Below the pieces are notes generated by a model. That model was not told where the DNA came from and searched no databases. It worked only from the letters and a program-made list of their open reading frames with translations. Position numbers and translations under genes: made by a program. Below, piece after piece: positions 60,030-64,000 of a DNA stretch of 64,000 nt. Source of the DNA: an uncultured delta proteobacterium (GTDB lineage Bacteria; Myxococcota; Kuafuiibacteriia; Kuafuiibacteriales; Kuafuiibacteriaceae); contig CAWDML010000001.1 in the NCBI GenBank assembly GCA_963803435.1, positions 32,001 to 96,000 of the forward strand, in the 5' to 3' direction. Positions within the stretch are counted from its first letter, which is position 1, and each line of letters opens with the position of its first letter.

Positions 60030-61091
60030 TCAAGTGTCTCGGTGGGCCGCCGGCAGAGGTGCGCGGGAGAAGAGCTCGAGATCACCTTCGCGCACGCTGA
60101 CTTTCCTCGGGTCGAGCGACTCGGGCGCGGGCACGTCCTCCGTGATCCGCTTGAGGACCAGGAGACGCTCGGCCTTCTTGCGGACGCCGCCCATCCCAAT
60201 CAACGCTTGCTCGACGTTGCTGCCCGCCACGGCAAACCCGCGAAGCACCTCGGTGCCCTCGGTCATGGCCCAAAGCGCGACCTCTCCGAGAAACACCGCA
60301 TGGGCCCGGCGGCCCGGCTCGCGATTCCAGTGATCCACGACATGCGTCTCGACCCGCCCCCGGTCGGTCTCCTCCAGCCGGACGGCCGCGAACCCGTCGA
60401 GCCCCAGCCCGACGCGTCGCCGGTGCACGAAGAAGCGGTGGGCGCCGCGCGGGTCCTCGAGGTAGCGCCAGGCGAGGTAGCGCTCGGACTTGTGGACCGC
60501 GAAGCTGTGCTCGCGCCTTCGCATCGCGTGGGCCTGCGAGAGGCGTTGTAGGTGGTCGGCGTCCAGCTCGACCTCGACCAGCTTGGTGCGAATGCGCGCC
60601 GCCTCCCGGGCGATCGCGCGGAGCGGGTTCATCGAGTCGCGTCCCATCCGGCGGGAGATCCCAAGCCCGAGGTAGAGGCTCCGCACCGCCACCTCGGCGA
60701 GCGGAAAGAACCCGAGCGCGACGAAGTGCCGGCGAAGGTGCGGCTCGACCGCAGCGAAGACCAGCTTGACGCCGTCGGCCCCCAGCTCGGCGCAGAGCGC
60801 ATCGAAGAGCGCGCGATCGAAGGCCTCGTCCCCGGATAGCCGGGCGAGGTCACCACCGGCCACCTGCGCCGCCGGCACCACCTCGCCGGAGAGGACCATC
60901 TCGTTTCGGATCGCGGAGGCCCAGGCGCGCGGTCCGCCGTGCTTCTCTCCGATCGCGAAGCACGGTCCCTTGGCGCTGACCGGCGCCGACTCGAATCGCC
61001 ATCGCCAGAGCGCGCCGCCGATGGCCTGCGCCTCGACGGTGGACAGGCGCGCGATGACCTCGTCCCGCTGGTCGGGCCTGAACAGGTCCAT
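60030..61091 (-). CDS. GNAT-like family protein
   Basis: WRWRFE..P, YLAWRY..P, two-lobed GNAT-like pattern; divergent. Confidence 0.6.
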   Translation of the reverse strand: MDLFRPDQRDEVIARLSTVEAQAIGGALWRWRFESAPVSAKGPCFAIGEKHGGPRAWASAIRNEMVLSGEVVPAAQVAGGDLARLSGDEAFDRALFDALCAELGADGVKLVFAAVEPHLRRHFVALGFFPLAEVAVRSLYLGLGISRRMGRDSMNPLRAIAREAARIRTKLVEVELDADHLQRLSQAHAMRRREHSFAVHKSERYLAWRYLEDPRGAHRFFVHRRRVGLGLDGFAAVRLEETDRGRVETHVVDHWNREPGRRAHAVFLGEVALWAMTEGTEVLRGFAVAGSNVEQALIGMGGVRKKAERLLVLKRITEDVPAPESLDPRKVSVREGDLELFSRAPLPAAHRDT

Positions 61092-61096
61092 ATCGA

Positions 61097-63268
61097 TCAG
61101 TGCTGGACGATCGCCATTGGTTGCTTCTTCTTGGCCGCGCTCCGAATCGAGCGTTCGTCGCGGTCGATACTGAGGACGTCCATCGGACACACCTCAACAC
61201 AGATCCCGCATTGGATGCACGCCGAGTTGTGATTCGAGAGATCCTCCCGCATCTGGGCGAACTTCTGCACCGGGATCCCCATCTGGCAGTACCGGGTGCA
61301 TTCGCCACAGCCGATACACTTCTCGTTCGAGACGATCTTGATCCGCGTGAACAGCTTGGCCAGGAGCTCCATGTACGCGCGGAGCGGGCAGATGAACCGG
61401 CACCACACGCGGTTGCCCAGATACGGATAGAACGCCACACCCACGACCGAGGCGAACCAGAAGTCGACCATCAGGCCGTACCACTGCTGGGCGAAGATCT
61501 TCGCGTTGACCCAGGCGTTGCTGGTGGCGAACCGCCACACGTCGACGCTCAGGATCAGGAGCGTGGTCACCGCAGCGCAGGCGAGGATGAAGCGGCCGAA
61601 CCACTCGAGCTTCTTCGCCGAGGTCCCGCGCGGCGCCAGGTGCCGCCAGCGATCCCCGAGCGTCTCGGCGAGCCCGCCGCACCCGCACGCCCAGGAGCAG
61701 AAGCGCTCGCCGTGATAGCGGACGAACAGCGGCATGCCGATGAACGCGGTGGCGGCGCCCACCAGGAGCCAGGTGGTGTCGGTGTCGATCAAGGACCAGA
61801 TCGAGAGCGGCCACGGGACGCTGATCGCGTAGAGCTTCCAGGGACGCTCGATGATGAAGGGCGCGATCAGCTCGGGGACGCCGAACAGGAACACCAGCTG
61901 GAAGATCATCAGCGACAGGTAGCGCTTGGTCTGGATGGGCGAGCGGTACTTCCTGATCGCGAGGATCGCGAAGACGGTGATCATGACCGAATAGACCACC
62001 GAGCCCCAGAAGCCGCCGTCGACCATGCGCCAGCCGAAGTCGCCGTGCACCCAGCTCTGTAGGTCGCCGAGCGGCTGTCCGGGTCCGAAGGGCCAGTGGT
62101 ACGGCTTCGCCCAGTCGGGAACCGACTTGAACGACTTCATCCCGTAGAACAGGTAGATCATGACCGCGAAGCTGGTGACCCAGAGGGCGCGCTGCCAGGT
62201 AAAGGCGCCCTCCATCATCACCCCGATGCGGTCGAGGAACGGGATGGGGAGCTTGGTGCCGATCAGCGCGAAGACGGTGTCGTATCGCCACTCGATCTCC
62301 CGGTTGAGCGCCGAGATCTTCACCACCTCGGGCGTGACCTCCTTGATCTTGGTGTCGAGGAGCGCCTCCACCTTCCCGTCCGCGATCAGCGCGTTGATGC
62401 GCTCGAGGTTGAGCGCCTTGCAGCGGGAGAAGGTGCTCTGGCGGTACGAGATGGCGACGATCGCCCCCGCCTGTGCCAGCGAGACGGCCGCCTCGACAGC
62501 GCTGTCGCCGCCGCCGACGACCAGCACGCGCTCGCCCTTGTGCTTGTCGGGATCGGCGAGGCCGTAGAGGACCTTCGCGTTGCCCTCCTCCCCGGGGACG
62601 CCCAGCTTGTTGACGGCTCCACGACGCCCGATCGCGAGGATCACGCGGCGCGCCGTGATGGTGAGCTTGTCGCCCGGCTTCGCCTCCGGCCCGCCCAGCC
62701 GCTCGCCCTTGCCGACGGTGGTCTGGACCTCGAAGAGCTCGCCCTTCTTCTGGATCCCGGTCACCTCCTCGGGCTGGCGGATCACCAGCTTTCGCTCGTC
62801 GAGCGCCTGCTCCCACTCGACGACGAGGTCCTCCTTGATCCGATCCTGAAAGGGGAAGCGGGCCGAGCTGCCGAAGTCGCGCGGCTCCGAGAACACGTGC
62901 TTGTTCTTGGGATAGTTCTGAATGGTGTTGAACGGCTTCTCCCGCTCGAGCACCTCGAAGCTGAGGCCGTGCTTCTGGCAGGCGAGCGCCGCCCCGATGC
63001 CGCTCGGACCGGCGCCGACGATGCAGACGTCCACCACGCCGTCCTTCGGATCCGGTACCCTGCCCCCGAGATCGTTCTCGAACATCCGCGAGACCACGTC
63101 GAAGCCCTGGTTCAGCGCGATCTTGATGACCGGGGCGTCGGCCAGATCCCCGACGATGTAGAGCCCCTTCAGGTTCGACTGATAGTTCTTGTCGAGCTTG
63201 GGCAGCTGGCGCGTGCCTACCTTCGACGAGAACTCGAACGAGATGTTGAGAATCTCCCCCAGTGCCAT
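61097..63268 (-). CDS. FAD/NAD(P)H oxidoreductase (TrxB-like) fused to membrane 4Fe-4S domain
   Basis: VGAGPSG, VGGGDSA, several TM helices, CSWACGC, CRFICP, CIGCGECTRYC, CIQCGICVEVCP. Confidence 0.88.
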   Translation of the reverse strand: MALGEILNISFEFSSKVGTRQLPKLDKNYQSNLKGLYIVGDLADAPVIKIALNQGFDVVSRMFENDLGGRVPDPKDGVVDVCIVGAGPSGIGAALACQKHGLSFEVLEREKPFNTIQNYPKNKHVFSEPRDFGSSARFPFQDRIKEDLVVEWEQALDERKLVIRQPEEVTGIQKKGELFEVQTTVGKGERLGGPEAKPGDKLTITARRVILAIGRRGAVNKLGVPGEEGNAKVLYGLADPDKHKGERVLVVGGGDSAVEAAVSLAQAGAIVAISYRQSTFSRCKALNLERINALIADGKVEALLDTKIKEVTPEVVKISALNREIEWRYDTVFALIGTKLPIPFLDRIGVMMEGAFTWQRALWVTSFAVMIYLFYGMKSFKSVPDWAKPYHWPFGPGQPLGDLQSWVHGDFGWRMVDGGFWGSVVYSVMITVFAILAIRKYRSPIQTKRYLSLMIFQLVFLFGVPELIAPFIIERPWKLYAISVPWPLSIWSLIDTDTTWLLVGAATAFIGMPLFVRYHGERFCSWACGCGGLAETLGDRWRHLAPRGTSAKKLEWFGRFILACAAVTTLLILSVDVWRFATSNAWVNAKIFAQQWYGLMVDFWFASVVGVAFYPYLGNRVWCRFICPLRAYMELLAKLFTRIKIVSNEKCIGCGECTRYCQMGIPVQKFAQMREDLSNHNSACIQCGICVEVCPMDVLSIDRDERSIRSAAKKKQPMAIVQH

Positions 63269-63514
63269 GCTGTCGCGCTTCCTAGCACCGATATGCGCGG
63301 CCGGGGAGATGGTTACCATCGAACGCGCGCACGCTGCGCGCAGTGAGGCACATCGGTCTCTTTCGGGCCGCGGTGCCGCGACGTCCTCTCGGCCGCACCG
63401 GCGTCCAGGCCGCGACGTTCGACGGTACCACCCAGAATCCGAAGAGGGACGAGCAGGCCTCGGTGTCGTCGGAGATTGACCGCGTTCGATCCGCGGGTGA
63501 CACGATCGGTGGTC

Positions 63515-64000
63515 ATGGCGAACGACAGTCTCACGATCGAGCGGTTCACTTCGCCGATCGGACCGCTCCTCTTGGTCTCCGACGGCCTCGCGCTCATCGC
63601 GCTCCACCTCGACGACGACGAGGCGAGCGCGCGGGCGTACCTGGTGAAGCAGCACGGAGAGCGCGCGGTCGAGCGCGGGCGCGTCCCCGACCCGATCCGC
63701 GAGGCGCTCACGTCCTACTTCGACGGCGACCTCACCGCGATCGATCGCATCCCGGTCGACGCGAGGGGATCGGAGTTTCAGGTCGAGGTCTGGGCCGCGC
63801 TCAGAACGATCCCCGCCGGCACCACGACCAGCTACGGTGCCCTCGCCCAGCGGATCGGCCGCCCGGGCGCCAGCCGTGCCGTCGGGCTCGCCAACGGCGC
63901 CAACCCCATCGCCATCGTCGTGCCCTGCCACCGCGTCATCGGCGCCGACGGCACGCTCACCGGCTACGGCGGCGGACTGCCCAGAAAGCGCTGGCTCCTC
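63515..64000 (+). CDS. ogt: Methylated-DNA-protein-cysteine methyltransferase (3' end outside window)
   Basis: Hand translation: SPIG, FQVEVWAAL..IP.G.TTSYG, RAVGLANGANP, VPCHRVIG, LTGYGGGL. Confidence 0.95.
   Translation, partial: MANDSLTIERFTSPIGPLLLVSDGLALIALHLDDDEASARAYLVKQHGERAVERGRVPDPIREALTSYFDGDLTAIDRIPVDARGSEFQVEVWAALRTIPAGTTTSYGALAQRIGRPGASRAVGLANGANPIAIVVPCHRVIGADGTLTGYGGGLPRKRWLL

Overview
Very GC-rich bacterial chromosomal window. Gene content (AgmX/TonB-like domain, FHA-DUF4388, HEAT/TPR proteins, Hsp70 paralogue, many Cys-rich lipoproteins, several sigma54-type promoters) suggests Myxococcota or a related deltaproteobacterium; this is inference. Housekeeping blocks are rpmE-DUF1385-prfA-prmC-hisGDBH, tolQRAB-pal, an orphan mreB, and gap-pgk-tpiA-secG-tRNA-Leu(GAG). 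Accessory highlights: (1) an anti-sigma / ECF sigma / TPR-CHAT (caspase-like protease) module with two copies of a GG-A9-N13/14-CGTAGG motif in front of its probable target genes; (2) a 30-CxxCH multiheme cytochrome coupled to a probable outer-membrane beta-barrel behind a sigma54-type promoter; (3) a single polypeptide that appears to fuse ExbB/TolQ-, ExbD/TolR- and TonB-like parts; (4) a 520-bp CTAG-bounded element with ~70-bp inverted repeats holding the 3' ends of an IS1182-like transposase and a four-helix-bundle gene; (5) a candidate structured 5' leader RNA before an Fpg-like gene. Seven single-base insertions split five genes and look like sequencing or assembly errors. All calls were made by eye; no searches were run.
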